DNA of 20,000 nt from an uncultured virus (IMG/VR IMGVR_UViG_3300044612_002649) (lineage: Duplodnaviria > Heunggongvirae > Uroviricota > Caudoviricetes), in the IMG/VR virus record IMGVR_UViG_3300044612_002649. One strand, given 5' to 3'. Position numbers and translations under genes: made by a program. Shown here in pieces: positions 6,957-15,825 of this stretch. The number at the start of each line of letters is the position of its first letter. Positions within the stretch are counted from its first letter, which is position 1. Under the pieces are notes generated by a model. That model was given only the letters and a program-made list of their open reading frames with translations. It made no database searches and was not told the DNA's origin.

Positions 6957-9026
6957 TTACTTACTAGTGGCAACAAATGTGCCATCCCAATCTTCTGGTA
7001 ATGAATTACTGTTTTTGTATTCAGCAATACGATCAATCATCATTTCATAATAATGATCCATGTCACCATCAAACTCACATAATAATTGTTTACACATTTC
7101 AGAAGCCACATCCCAATGTTTGCTTCGATAGGTATTTAACATTTGGTTGTGGTAAGATAATGCTGGATAATAATAATCATCATGATTAAAATCATCCAAA
7201 TGGCTTAACACAGTAAAAATGTGTACTCCTTCTTTCTTACCTTTTACCGCGATTTTATCAAGTTCGATTATAAAGTATTCGTCTTTGATATAGTCTGCTG
7301 TCTTCGTGCCCAGAACGATTTTGACGCCGTATGGCTTGCTTTGGCCTTCAAGACGTGAAGCGAGGTTAACCCCATCTCCAAGGCAAGTATAATCAAAGCG
7401 CTGATTGCTACCCATATTACCAACAACGACAGTATCAGTGTTAATACCAAGTCCCATACCGAATGCAGGTACCCCCTCTTTCTCGATCTCATCATTAAAC
7501 TCCTTTAAGTTAATTAACATTTGTAATGCTGTTTTTACAGCATGTTTTGCATGATCGGGGTCATCTAGTGGGGCATTCCAAAACGCCATTTGAGCATCGC
7601 CGATATATTTGTCTAATGTTCCATCGTTTTCAATGATTTTTGCGGTCATAGCAGTCATATAACGGTTCATTATTTGTGTCAATCCTTGTACATTTTTACC
7701 ATAATGTTCTGAAATAGATGTGAATCCACGTACATCTGTAAACATAATTGAAAGTTCACGTGACTCACCGCCTAATGTTAATAATTCAGGATTTTTCTGT
7801 AATTTTTCTACTAAAGCAGGGCTTAAATAAGTGCCAAATTGTTTTTTAATTTGTTGCTTTTGAAAGAATTCACTGAGGAATTTAACACCGTAAGCATGTA
7901 AACCAACCAACACTATACCACTTACGAAAGCAGTTATGTCAAACAGATACAAATATGTTAAAAATACATAGTGACTGGCGAATACGGCACCAACTGACAG
8001 TGCAATTATTGATGCTAGCCCAATATAAATCCATCTAGTGAGGAATAACAATATAGTACCAGTTATTAATAATACTAATACCTCCACGCCATCTGCATAA
8101 TCAGGGCGTTGGATAACAACCCCATTCATCATTGTTCCTATTACTGCTGCTTGTGCTTCATGTGGAAAGATAGCACCATTGGCAGTTGGTATTGGGTTAC
8201 CAATCCCTGCTGCGGTTGGTCCAACAATGACGATCCCACCAATAAAATCGTAATCATCTGTGATAGTATTTAAACCTTTGTTGATAGACTTCTGACTCCA
8301 ATCAATCCAGATACGGCCTAAATTATCAGTAGTGATCGGTCCAAATTTAGGAATTCTCAGTTTTTCAACACCATTTTCATTTAGTTTGATTTGGAATGTA
8401 GTATCACCAGCCGCAACCCGCAATGTTTCTAAACCTAACGATGGGTATAACTTATCCTTAACTGAAACCACTAATGGCATTCTACGATTAACACCGTCTA
8501 TTTCTGGTAAGGTATTAACTGTGCCAACGCCTGCTGCTTCATCATTCAATATTTCAATATTTGAAATGATACCTGGGTATTGAATTATTCTATCAAGGAA
8601 ATCTGGGCCTAATACAGCCGCACCTGGTACTCTTGGGGTATTTTTAGTAAAATCAGCTGGTATGCTTGGTAAAATAACCAAGTTATTTTTTAATGTATTA
8701 GATAATACTTTATCCCCACCTTGGCGGTCGGTTTCAGGCATTAAAATATTGAGAACAACCAATCCAGCATTATGTTTATATAGATCTTCGACTATTTGGG
8801 AATATATATCGCGTTTAAATGGCCATTGTCCATACTTATCTAATGAGTTTTCATCGATATTAATAGTATAAATTGGATTATTTGTGATAGGTTTTGCTGA
8901 AATAAGCGTGTCAAAATATCGTAATCTAACACTTTCCACAAATTCTGGATCAGAAATTCGAACACTTAATATTACAATCAATGTTAATAATGCCGTCCAA
9001 GGGTTTAATAATATTTTTTTAATCAT
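6957..9026 (-). CDS. CHASE2-domain class III adenylate cyclase
   Basis: N-terminal TM; CHASE2 motifs (INIDENSLDKYGQWPFKR, EIDGVNRRMPL); three TMs; cyclase motifs MFTDVRGFTSISE, DKYIGDAQMAFW, DYTCLGDGVNLASRLE. The Lys and Thr at the specificity positions fit ATP use (class IIIb-like). Confidence 0.93.
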   Translation of the reverse strand: MIKKILLNPWTALLTLIVILSVRISDPEFVESVRLRYFDTLISAKPITNNPIYTINIDENSLDKYGQWPFKRDIYSQIVEDLYKHNAGLVVLNILMPETDRQGGDKVLSNTLKNNLVILPSIPADFTKNTPRVPGAAVLGPDFLDRIIQYPGIISNIEILNDEAAGVGTVNTLPEIDGVNRRMPLVVSVKDKLYPSLGLETLRVAAGDTTFQIKLNENGVEKLRIPKFGPITTDNLGRIWIDWSQKSINKGLNTITDDYDFIGGIVIVGPTAAGIGNPIPTANGAIFPHEAQAAVIGTMMNGVVIQRPDYADGVEVLVLLITGTILLFLTRWIYIGLASIIALSVGAVFASHYVFLTYLYLFDITAFVSGIVLVGLHAYGVKFLSEFFQKQQIKKQFGTYLSPALVEKLQKNPELLTLGGESRELSIMFTDVRGFTSISEHYGKNVQGLTQIMNRYMTAMTAKIIENDGTLDKYIGDAQMAFWNAPLDDPDHAKHAVKTALQMLINLKEFNDEIEKEGVPAFGMGLGINTDTVVVGNMGSNQRFDYTCLGDGVNLASRLEGQSKPYGVKIVLGTKTADYIKDEYFIIELDKIAVKGKKEGVHIFTVLSHLDDFNHDDYYYPALSYHNQMLNTYRSKHWDVASEMCKQLLCEFDGDMDHYYEMMIDRIAEYKNSNSLPEDWDGTFVATSK

Positions 9027-9892
9027 AACATATTTTCTATATAGTTTACAATGTGGTCTGCGACATTAACATTACAATATTGGTTAAATCCGCTAAATCC
9101 TGGGTTTGAATTTGCTTCACACACAACAAATCCTTCTTTTGTAAAAAGCAAATCAATACCGGCTATGTCTAATCCTAGCACATCTGCTGTGTCAATTGCA
9201 ATCTCTTCTATTTCTGGGGTAACTTCGTATTTCTCGCCAGTCCCACCATTTGATATATTGGCTCTAAAGTCATTTTTTGGTGCGGTTCTTTTCATTGCGC
9301 CCAGAACTTTGCCACCAACCACAAACACTCTTAAATCCTCACCTGGGCGATCACCAATATACTCTTGTGCAATTAATGTTTTTTCATTATGAAGTGCATC
9401 TACGAATTCGATAATTCTAGTATATTCGAGCTCGGATTGACATAGGTATACCCCTTCACCAAAACTACCAACTACTACTTTGATTACACAAGGAAATCCA
9501 ATTGTAGTGGCCACTAAATTATTTGTTATTGGAAACTTGACCACCATTGTGGTTGGTACTGGGATATTATTGCGGCTTAATATTTCACTAGTTTGAAATT
9601 TATCCTGGACTATATTAATACTTTCACTTGAATTAATGCATGGAATATTGGCTAATTCGAAGTATCTGATAACCGATAGTTCTGAACGGGTAATACCAGC
9701 ACCCAATCTTACTAACACTATTTTTGGTAGATCGAATTTAATTCCTTGATAATAAATACCGTCATTGATTACAATATCAAATAAATTAAAATTACAGACT
9801 TTTACAGTTATATTCTTATCCACAAAACTCTCTAATAATTTTAGAGTTTCAAAATCGTGGGTTGCGTGTTTAGTTAGTATTAAAACTGACAT
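9023..9892 (-). CDS. rimK: RimK-family ATP-grasp alpha-L-glutamate ligase
   Basis: QDKFQT, GFPCVIK, GSFGEGV, QEYI, DLRVFVVGGKVLGAMKR, DFRANISNGG, AGIDLL, EANSNPGF. Confidence 0.88.
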   Translation of the reverse strand: MSVLILTKHATHDFETLKLLESFVDKNITVKVCNFNLFDIVINDGIYYQGIKFDLPKIVLVRLGAGITRSELSVIRYFELANIPCINSSESINIVQDKFQTSEILSRNNIPVPTTMVVKFPITNNLVATTIGFPCVIKVVVGSFGEGVYLCQSELEYTRIIEFVDALHNEKTLIAQEYIGDRPGEDLRVFVVGGKVLGAMKRTAPKNDFRANISNGGTGEKYEVTPEIEEIAIDTADVLGLDIAGIDLLFTKEGFVVCEANSNPGFSGFNQYCNVNVADHIVNYIENML

Positions 9893-9914
9893 GGGTTTCC
9901 TATATATTAAACTG

Positions 9915-9921
9915 TATTTAT
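9915..9921 (-). promoter_or_regulatory. ATAAATA late-promoter-like motif upstream of rimK
   Basis: Forward TATTTAT in the 35-nt intergenic gap, ~22 nt before the ATG. Confidence 0.45.
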
Positions 9922-9927
9922 TTAGAA

Positions 9928-11037
9928 TTATTGCTGAACTGAAATTTTAGCACATCCTCCTAGTGTCGCACAATTGAAATTTATAGAATATGACTGATTG
10001 GTATTGCCGCTTTGTGAAAGACTGAGATCAGTTGGCTGCCCTGATATTATGATCTTGGCCATATGATTTCCTGATCCTTGTTGTAATGTATCTACGTTTT
10101 TATTATTGCCATTCAATTCAATTTCAAGGTAATGATTTCCGTTATCTTTTTGTTGAGATAATAATGAGTTATTATCACCATTAATTTTAGAAAATATTCC
10201 CTTATCTCCGCCCGAACTGAGTTGTAATATAGAAGCGTTGTTATTATTGCCTAAAATAATTAATTCTGTGTAATTCGTACCAGATATTGATGACAAAGTT
10301 TCGTCAATATTAACAGTATTATTAGATCCAACACCATAGTAATTAACAAAATTATTTTTAGACCCAGATTGAGTAATTGTTATTGTATTTAAATCACCAA
10401 TTTGCTCGATATAAACCTGTGTATCAGATGTTGCTCGGTTTATAAATGATTGGACATTTGCGGCATTTACCGTATTTGTATTGAATTGAAATGATGACCC
10501 GCCACAGCACAATGGTGGTACAAAATAGCTAGGAGAGGTAGCTAAATTGTTAGTAGGTACAACTACTATTCCGGACCCAACATCCCAATTTAGTTGAATA
10601 ACTGCACCCCCTCCATTCTCATACCACCACACATCTATAGTGTACACTTGTCCTGAAGTCAGCGTAATACTCCCAGAACCATTAAAATTTGCTGGTCCTT
10701 GTTCAATCCAATTGTTAATAACAGTGGTGTTATTGATTGACATATAGAATCCATCATCACTTCTGTTATAGAAAGTTATTGTTTTATTGCCTGACGGACC
10801 TGGCCATAAAATGTTTCCTGTAAAATGAACTAGTACACCATCTGTGCGTCCTGAATCCATGACTACACCACTGCCCCAATTATAATTTAATGATGGGACT
10901 ATACCGGATGATAGAATGGTTCTATTGGTTGTTCTGGTAGGTGTTGCGCCTCCTGCGGCATACGCAACATATTCGAGGCCGAGTACTCCATCTGCTAATA
11001 CACGAAATGATATCAAAAACAATAATATATATTTCAT
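9928..11037 (-). CDS. Secreted PA14-domain protein with C-terminal curlin-like repeats
   Basis: Signal peptide; PA14 motifs NYNWGSG, RSDDGF, WWYENGGGAVIQLNW; C-terminal Q/G-x-x-N repeats (YIEQIGDLNTITITQSGSKNN, QQGSGNH, QSGNTNQ). Confidence 0.8.
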   Translation of the reverse strand: MKYILLFLISFRVLADGVLGLEYVAYAAGGATPTRTTNRTILSSGIVPSLNYNWGSGVVMDSGRTDGVLVHFTGNILWPGPSGNKTITFYNRSDDGFYMSINNTTVINNWIEQGPANFNGSGSITLTSGQVYTIDVWWYENGGGAVIQLNWDVGSGIVVVPTNNLATSPSYFVPPLCCGGSSFQFNTNTVNAANVQSFINRATSDTQVYIEQIGDLNTITITQSGSKNNFVNYYGVGSNNTVNIDETLSSISGTNYTELIILGNNNNASILQLSSGGDKGIFSKINGDNNSLLSQQKDNGNHYLEIELNGNNKNVDTLQQGSGNHMAKIIISGQPTDLSLSQSGNTNQSYSINFNCATLGGCAKISVQQ

Positions 11038-12131
11038 TTTATTTGTATTACTCCAGTATTTTGTGTAATAGTCACTATATTTCCACCTGGGCTACCATCA
11101 CCTATAATGGTTGATGCTGATACACTATTTTGAATAATATTAATTGTAGTATTAGAATTAAATCCTTGTGTTTTTATTTCAGAATAATGTTCAAACGGTG
11201 CAATTCGAAAAGCTGTCCCTTTGCCACGATCTCTGATATCATCATTATTTTTATCCCACGCAACGCATATACTTGTAACCGCATTACACCCTAATTTACC
11301 AGCAGCTGCCATCATTGCTAGAATCCTTGCTTGTTCAATTTCCTCGCCGCTTTTTGAAACTTGATTTGCAACCCTACGTGCGGCTTCGGCTTCTATTTCT
11401 TCTAATTCCTTATCTCTTGGGGATTTCATTACTTCTTTCATAACTCTCTGTACTTCTAATGGTTTTACGATAATCAGATTATTGGTTATTTTCGACTCAA
11501 TTATATTAATTGATGTAGCCGGGGTTGGTGAGATGGTTGCACTTTGTACAAATGTAGCTTGAAATGCTTCGTCAAGAATTACTTTTCCAGCCAATGTTTC
11601 TACTTCAATTTTCCCTACTTTGCAGGTATTTTCAGCTAATTCGTATTTTTTGATATCTTTTTCATCCTTGCAGCTCGGGACTAAAACGATTAAACTTTGT
11701 CCAGATTCATCAACTGTCATAGTGAAATCAGTTCCCCTAACCGCAATTGTGGCAGCTGGCGTTTTAATATTTACTTGTTGTGGGTTATTTTTTGCAATTT
11801 GGCCTGATGCATATCTTACTGTACCCATACCAACTTTTAATGCTAGTTTACTTGCATCGCTAGCTTTTGGATCGAAAACAAAATCATCAATTAAAAGCCG
11901 ACTATTTTCTGTAACTTTTACTTTAGTATCGTCTTTGAATGTTATATTACTGGTACAACTGCCAGTAATATAAACATCCATACTTTCTATAATAACACCT
12001 TTATCCCCAGGAATATTCTTTTTATTTCTTTCAATTTTACACCCATTGCTCGTGGCATCGGTTACTGTCCCTATACCAGCATAAGCAACTTGTGATGATA
12101 ATAACAAAATTATTACCGGAATTATATGCAT
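11034..12131 (-). CDS. Secreted FecR-domain protein
   Basis: Signal peptide (AYA|G); ITFKDDTKVKVTENSRLLID, GTVRYASG, IKTPAATIAVRGTDF motifs of FecR-like proteins; curlin-like strand at the extreme C-terminus (GNIVTITQ). Confidence 0.82.
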   Translation of the reverse strand: MHIIPVIILLLSSQVAYAGIGTVTDATSNGCKIERNKKNIPGDKGVIIESMDVYITGSCTSNITFKDDTKVKVTENSRLLIDDFVFDPKASDASKLALKVGMGTVRYASGQIAKNNPQQVNIKTPAATIAVRGTDFTMTVDESGQSLIVLVPSCKDEKDIKKYELAENTCKVGKIEVETLAGKVILDEAFQATFVQSATISPTPATSINIIESKITNNLIIVKPLEVQRVMKEVMKSPRDKELEEIEAEAARRVANQVSKSGEEIEQARILAMMAAAGKLGCNAVTSICVAWDKNNDDIRDRGKGTAFRIAPFEHYSEIKTQGFNSNTTINIIQNSVSASTIIGDGSPGGNIVTITQNTGVIQIK

Positions 12132-12133
12132 AA

Positions 12134-12931
12134 CTATCTTGCTATAGCGGCTTGTGCATTTACTATTGTACTTGAGCTAGATCTAACCGTGATTGTATTA
12201 TTATCACCTGATGTCTTGATATCAATAGTAGTGTCATTCGTTCCTTGTTGTTGAGTGGTGATAGCATTAAAATTACCAACAATTACTTCTTTTAAATTGT
12301 GACCAATAGCCCCAGCGACATCACTTTGCTCGACGTTTAACAAATTACTATTTCCCGTGATGCTTATATCAGACACGCCATTAGTACTTAAAAGATTTTC
12401 TGTGACCTGATTACTATTGCCCGTAATTCCTAAAGTACTAGAAATATAATTGCCTATGATATTTTGGATAACTGAGTTTGAATTGCCAGTAATAGTTTCG
12501 GTGATAACAACATGATGATTATCTGTATGATTGGTATCACCGATCACTAATCTATTATTGTTATCATTCCCAGTAACAGTATTTGAATAGCGATTGTTAC
12601 TTCCTCTGATGATATATTGTGCCCAGTTGTTATTCCCGTGTTGTGTCATTGACAGTGTATTGCTGCCACCATTGATAGTGGCATAATTAGATGCACTTGG
12701 TGCATCTGGTACATTTGTAACCACATTTGTATTGGCATCAGTTGTGATAGTTCCAGATATACCTCCTATATTATTGGTGCCGCCTACCTGTTCGATTGTA
12801 ATAACATTAGTATTGCCTAATTGTTCCATGAACACATTATTGGGACCAGTTGCAGTGCCGGTTGCTAATAATAATGATGAAAAAGATGCCATTAATGATG
12901 CTATTAAATAATTAATTATTTTTCGTTTCAT
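12134..12931 (-). CDS. Curlin-like repeat (beta-solenoid) secreted protein
   Basis: Signal peptide; ~11-residue repeats ending in G-x-x-N (EQLGNTN, TQHGNNN, ITGNSN, QQQGTND); N/T/G/I-rich; directly downstream of csgG. Confidence 0.78.
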   Translation of the reverse strand: MKRKIINYLIASLMASFSSLLLATGTATGPNNVFMEQLGNTNVITIEQVGGTNNIGGISGTITTDANTNVVTNVPDAPSASNYATINGGSNTLSMTQHGNNNWAQYIIRGSNNRYSNTVTGNDNNNRLVIGDTNHTDNHHVVITETITGNSNSVIQNIIGNYISSTLGITGNSNQVTENLLSTNGVSDISITGNSNLLNVEQSDVAGAIGHNLKEVIVGNFNAITTQQQGTNDTTIDIKTSGDNNTITVRSSSSTIVNAQAAIAR

Positions 12932-13746
12932 TTCCTTTGCTCCATTGTTGATTTAAACGCCCAGTGACCTTTACGAGCGCCTTCACGAACTGTATCTACA
13001 ACTGCGGCTTGGATAGCTTTATTAGTTGCTCTATTAATACTTTCGTTTATGCTACCACCTATTTCTGCTTCTAATGCTTTGGTGTCGGCGGCAATGAATC
13101 TCAATACACCAAATTTATCCATATAACTTAACACTGTTTTTGTTACGGTGACCGATGTTAAAATCTCGCCTGATGTAACTGATACAGTCCGCAGACTCAC
13201 AGTAACTGTGTCACTTTGATATTGTGTTTCGCCTCCGATTCCAAAAATCCGAACCCCAGCACCCCCTGTCAACGTATTGGAATCATAACCGACAATTGCC
13301 CCTTCTGCTATAACCCCTGCGAATAACATAGCTGGTAATGCTTGTGCATCTTTACCTTGGAATTGCTCACGAGCTTGCCTAATCATCTGTCGTTCTTTGA
13401 TCAAGTTATCCAACCCAACTCGTTCAACCACTGTGAACCATCTAGCATCACCCACATCTTGTAATGCTTTAATCAAGTAGTTCTCAGCACCTTGCGTGAC
13501 CGCAGAACTTAAACTGGCAATATTTGGCATTGATTTTCTTTGACCAGTTTTATCAGTAAACCCGTAAACTGCGATGGGGATAGATCCAGATGATGGTGGA
13601 TCTAATTTGTTTTCATCTTTTAATAAAAAAATACTTTGCTCGATAATCGGATTGTCAAATTGTTCACCTGTGATAAATTTGTTTATAGCACTGCTGGTAG
13701 CACACCCTTGTAATAATATCATTGATAAAATAATAATTTTGTTCAT
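12928..13746 (-). CDS. csgG: CsgG/HfaB-family curli secretion channel lipoprotein
   Basis: Lipobox LLQGC; IAVYGFTDKTGQRK, SSAVTQGA, WFTVVERVGLDNLIKERQMIR, EGAIVGYDSN, TGGAG, VSLRTVSVTSGEIL. Confidence 0.93.
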   Translation of the reverse strand: MNKIIILSMILLQGCATSSAINKFITGEQFDNPIIEQSIFLLKDENKLDPPSSGSIPIAVYGFTDKTGQRKSMPNIASLSSAVTQGAENYLIKALQDVGDARWFTVVERVGLDNLIKERQMIRQAREQFQGKDAQALPAMLFAGVIAEGAIVGYDSNTLTGGAGVRIFGIGGETQYQSDTVTVSLRTVSVTSGEILTSVTVTKTVLSYMDKFGVLRFIAADTKALEAEIGGSINESINRATNKAIQAAVVDTVREGARKGHWAFKSTMEQRK

Positions 13747-13748
13747 AA

Positions 13749-14228
13749 TTAGAAATAAAATGACCCAGATGGTACTTTCATTGATGTGGATTGAGATGGG
13801 TTTGAGTTATTAGTGATATTAATAATAATCAATCCTTGATCCAATCCAGCGCCTAAACTCCAAGTGACACTATTGCCGCCTAAATCTGGCATTGTTCCGC
13901 ATACTGCTCCTGGTGTGGTGCATGTTGATCCTTCACTAAACATAGAGTCAGTTAATTGTTTAGCTAATTGTGAGTAAATTCTAGATTCTAAATTTGCTAA
14001 AAATTTAGCTTGTGGAGTATTTTGAGCATCAGATAATATCTTTGTACGTAATGCATCCGCAGCAGCTTTATTTTTATCAGATGCTTGCGTTTCTAATTGA
14101 TTTAGTGTTAACGCATGTGAGCTAAATCCAATGCCACTAAATGCTGGACTATTAAACGTGTGCTGTAATTCGGATGAATTTACAGATAATGCTACAATTA
14201 ATAATGAAAAACCTAGTACTTTGGTCAT
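13749..14228 (-). CDS. csgF: CsgF-like curli assembly protein
   Basis: Signal peptide followed by ELQHTFNSPAFSG (CsgF N-terminal F-x-x-P-x-F-x-G); FLANLESRIYSQLAKQL; directly upstream of csgG. Confidence 0.82.
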   Translation of the reverse strand: MTKVLGFSLLIVALSVNSSELQHTFNSPAFSGIGFSSHALTLNQLETQASDKNKAAADALRTKILSDAQNTPQAKFLANLESRIYSQLAKQLTDSMFSEGSTCTTPGAVCGTMPDLGGNSVTWSLGAGLDQGLIIINITNNSNPSQSTSMKVPSGSFYF

Positions 14229-14246
14229 GAATGTACCCCCTTATCG

Positions 14247-14253
14247 TATTTAA
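14247..14253 (-). promoter_or_regulatory. TAAATA late-promoter-like motif upstream of csgF
   Basis: Minus strand TTAAATA then AAGGGGG RBS before the ATG at 14228. Confidence 0.4.
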
Positions 14254-14282
14254 ATAAAGGAATGCCAAAATAATACTAGAAG

Positions 14283-14954
14283 TTAATCTATTGGAAACAA
14301 ACACTGTGTTACATAGATAGATGCTTGATCTTCTGTCAGACCTAAATTCATTAGAACTTTGGGATTGTGTGGGTTAAGCCGTTGATTTTCAATATAAAAC
14401 CTATGTTTATCTGAAATATCAAGAACTGTGTGATTGGTATCTTTTAATGATATAAGATATGTTAGCAGGGTGGATGAAATGGTAGACACTATTTGAGATA
14501 TCTCAGAATCTAGTTGAATATTACCAGCGGCAATTATCGATTCTGAGAAAATACGTTTACCCCAATCTGGTAATTCTCTTTTTTTATTCCATGATAATTT
14601 ATTTGATTCTTCGTCAAACCAAGATGATAATGGGTGATTACTAATGATTGGGCTAAAATCATGAAAACACCCAGTTATTTTATTTCTACCGGCAAACACA
14701 TCAAACCCAAAAATTGGTGCAGGGTTATGATAATGTGGATAAATGCAGCAATGCATCATCCATAACCCACGAGTATCCATTGTATCAATAACATTGATAT
14801 GTGCTTTTCTATATAAATCAGAAACCCAGGTGGTATTACACCAACCTGGGTTATTGAATTGCTCAATTGATGAAGCAGAAATTTTTCCTGATTCATCGAG
14901 CTGGTGTGTGAATAACTGCTGAATGCTATTTAACGAATCCAGCAGTTTATTCAT
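14283..14954 (-). CDS. Ferredoxin-dependent bilin reductase (PcyA/PcyX-like)
   Basis: YRKAHI, GLWMMHCCIYP, APIFGFDV, GCFHDFSP, RELPDWGKRIFS, QRLNPHNPKVL; directly downstream of a heme oxygenase. Confidence 0.88.
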   Translation of the reverse strand: MNKLLDSLNSIQQLFTHQLDESGKISASSIEQFNNPGWCNTTWVSDLYRKAHINVIDTMDTRGLWMMHCCIYPHYHNPAPIFGFDVFAGRNKITGCFHDFSPIISNHPLSSWFDEESNKLSWNKKRELPDWGKRIFSESIIAAGNIQLDSEISQIVSTISSTLLTYLISLKDTNHTVLDISDKHRFYIENQRLNPHNPKVLMNLGLTEDQASIYVTQCLFPID

Positions 14955-15483
14955 GTAACGCCTTCATGATTTTTATTGCCCATTCAAACGCAACTCTAGC
15001 CTCATCACCTAAATCATCTGTCATTTCTGCTCTAATTGCATTTCTTAATCCGTCTACGTCATCAAACTGGTAGAATTTTCCAGAACCAGGTGTTGTTTTT
15101 GCGATGTATTGCCCACCGTATAAATCCCCCGTGTGACGAACATATAAATGTGCTTTTATTAAATGTCTACGTGTCGGATCATTCAATAAATCTACTACAT
15201 ATTGATTATAAGCCATCGTTTCTGGTAAAAACGCATAATGTGTATTGATATCACGCAATTCAATAAAATCTTGGTAAATTCCAGGTAAACGTTCAATACC
15301 TGGTAAGTTATCAAAAAACCCTAATATTTTACACCCAAATTCTACAGGTCCGTATGCAGCCATCATCTGATATAGATAATTTGTATACAATTCTTGTGAA
15401 ATTTTACCGGTTAATAGTAATTTTGCAAAAGATGTTTTTTCAGCTTCCGTGTGCAAATCTTTGGTGATCTCTTTTAAACTCAT
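14947..15483 (-). CDS. Heme oxygenase (phage Ho1/HemO-like)
   Basis: LKEITKDLHTEAE (proximal His) and AHLYVRHTGDLYGGQ (distal helix). Confidence 0.9.
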   Translation of the reverse strand: MSLKEITKDLHTEAEKTSFAKLLLTGKISQELYTNYLYQMMAAYGPVEFGCKILGFFDNLPGIERLPGIYQDFIELRDINTHYAFLPETMAYNQYVVDLLNDPTRRHLIKAHLYVRHTGDLYGGQYIAKTTPGSGKFYQFDDVDGLRNAIRAEMTDDLGDEARVAFEWAIKIMKALHE

Positions 15484-15783
15484 TTATTCCTCTGCGATAG
15501 TTATTTGTAATGGGAACCCATTTTCACGGGCCATTTTGGTCGCCTCTACCGATTTAGTTTCTGCTATTTCGAAATCATAAAAACCAGCAATACCAGATCC
15601 GCTTTCATGAACTTGCATAGTGATAGTGGTTGCTGAATGGATTGTATGATTAAAGATTTCAATCAACATTGCAATTACAAAATCAACAGGTGTGTGGTCG
15701 TCATTAAGCACAACAACTTTCCATCGTTTTGGTTCGGCAACTTTGACTGCAACATTTTCTTTAATTTTAATATCGGTAGACAT
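15484..15783 (-). CDS. clpS: ATP-dependent Clp protease adaptor ClpS
   Basis: KVVVLNDDHTPVDFVI, MQVHESG, EIAETK, ARENGFPL. Confidence 0.93.
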   Translation of the reverse strand: MSTDIKIKENVAVKVAEPKRWKVVVLNDDHTPVDFVIAMLIEIFNHTIHSATTITMQVHESGSGIAGFYDFEIAETKSVEATKMARENGFPLQITIAEE

Positions 15784-15801
15784 ATTTAATTCCAGGTAGG
15801 T

Positions 15802-15819
15802 GGGGGAGTTTCCTCCCCC
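15802..15819 (-). promoter_or_regulatory. GC-rich GAAA-tetraloop hairpin between hsp20 and clpS (stabiliser or weak terminator)
   Basis: GGGGGAG-GAAA-CTCCCCC on the minus strand, with no U-tract after it. Confidence 0.55.
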
Positions 15820-15825
15820 TGATTA

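Noticed and set aside
6957..9026. Pycsar/CBASS-type defence cyclase
   Set aside because: The architecture is a membrane CHASE2 sensor cyclase with ATP-type specificity residues, and there is no adjacent cNMP-binding TIR or TM effector.
6977..13813. Short alternative ORFs overlapping the cyclase, rimK, FecR and csgG genes
   Set aside because: Antisense or out-of-frame shadows of well-supported genes, with no recognisable features.
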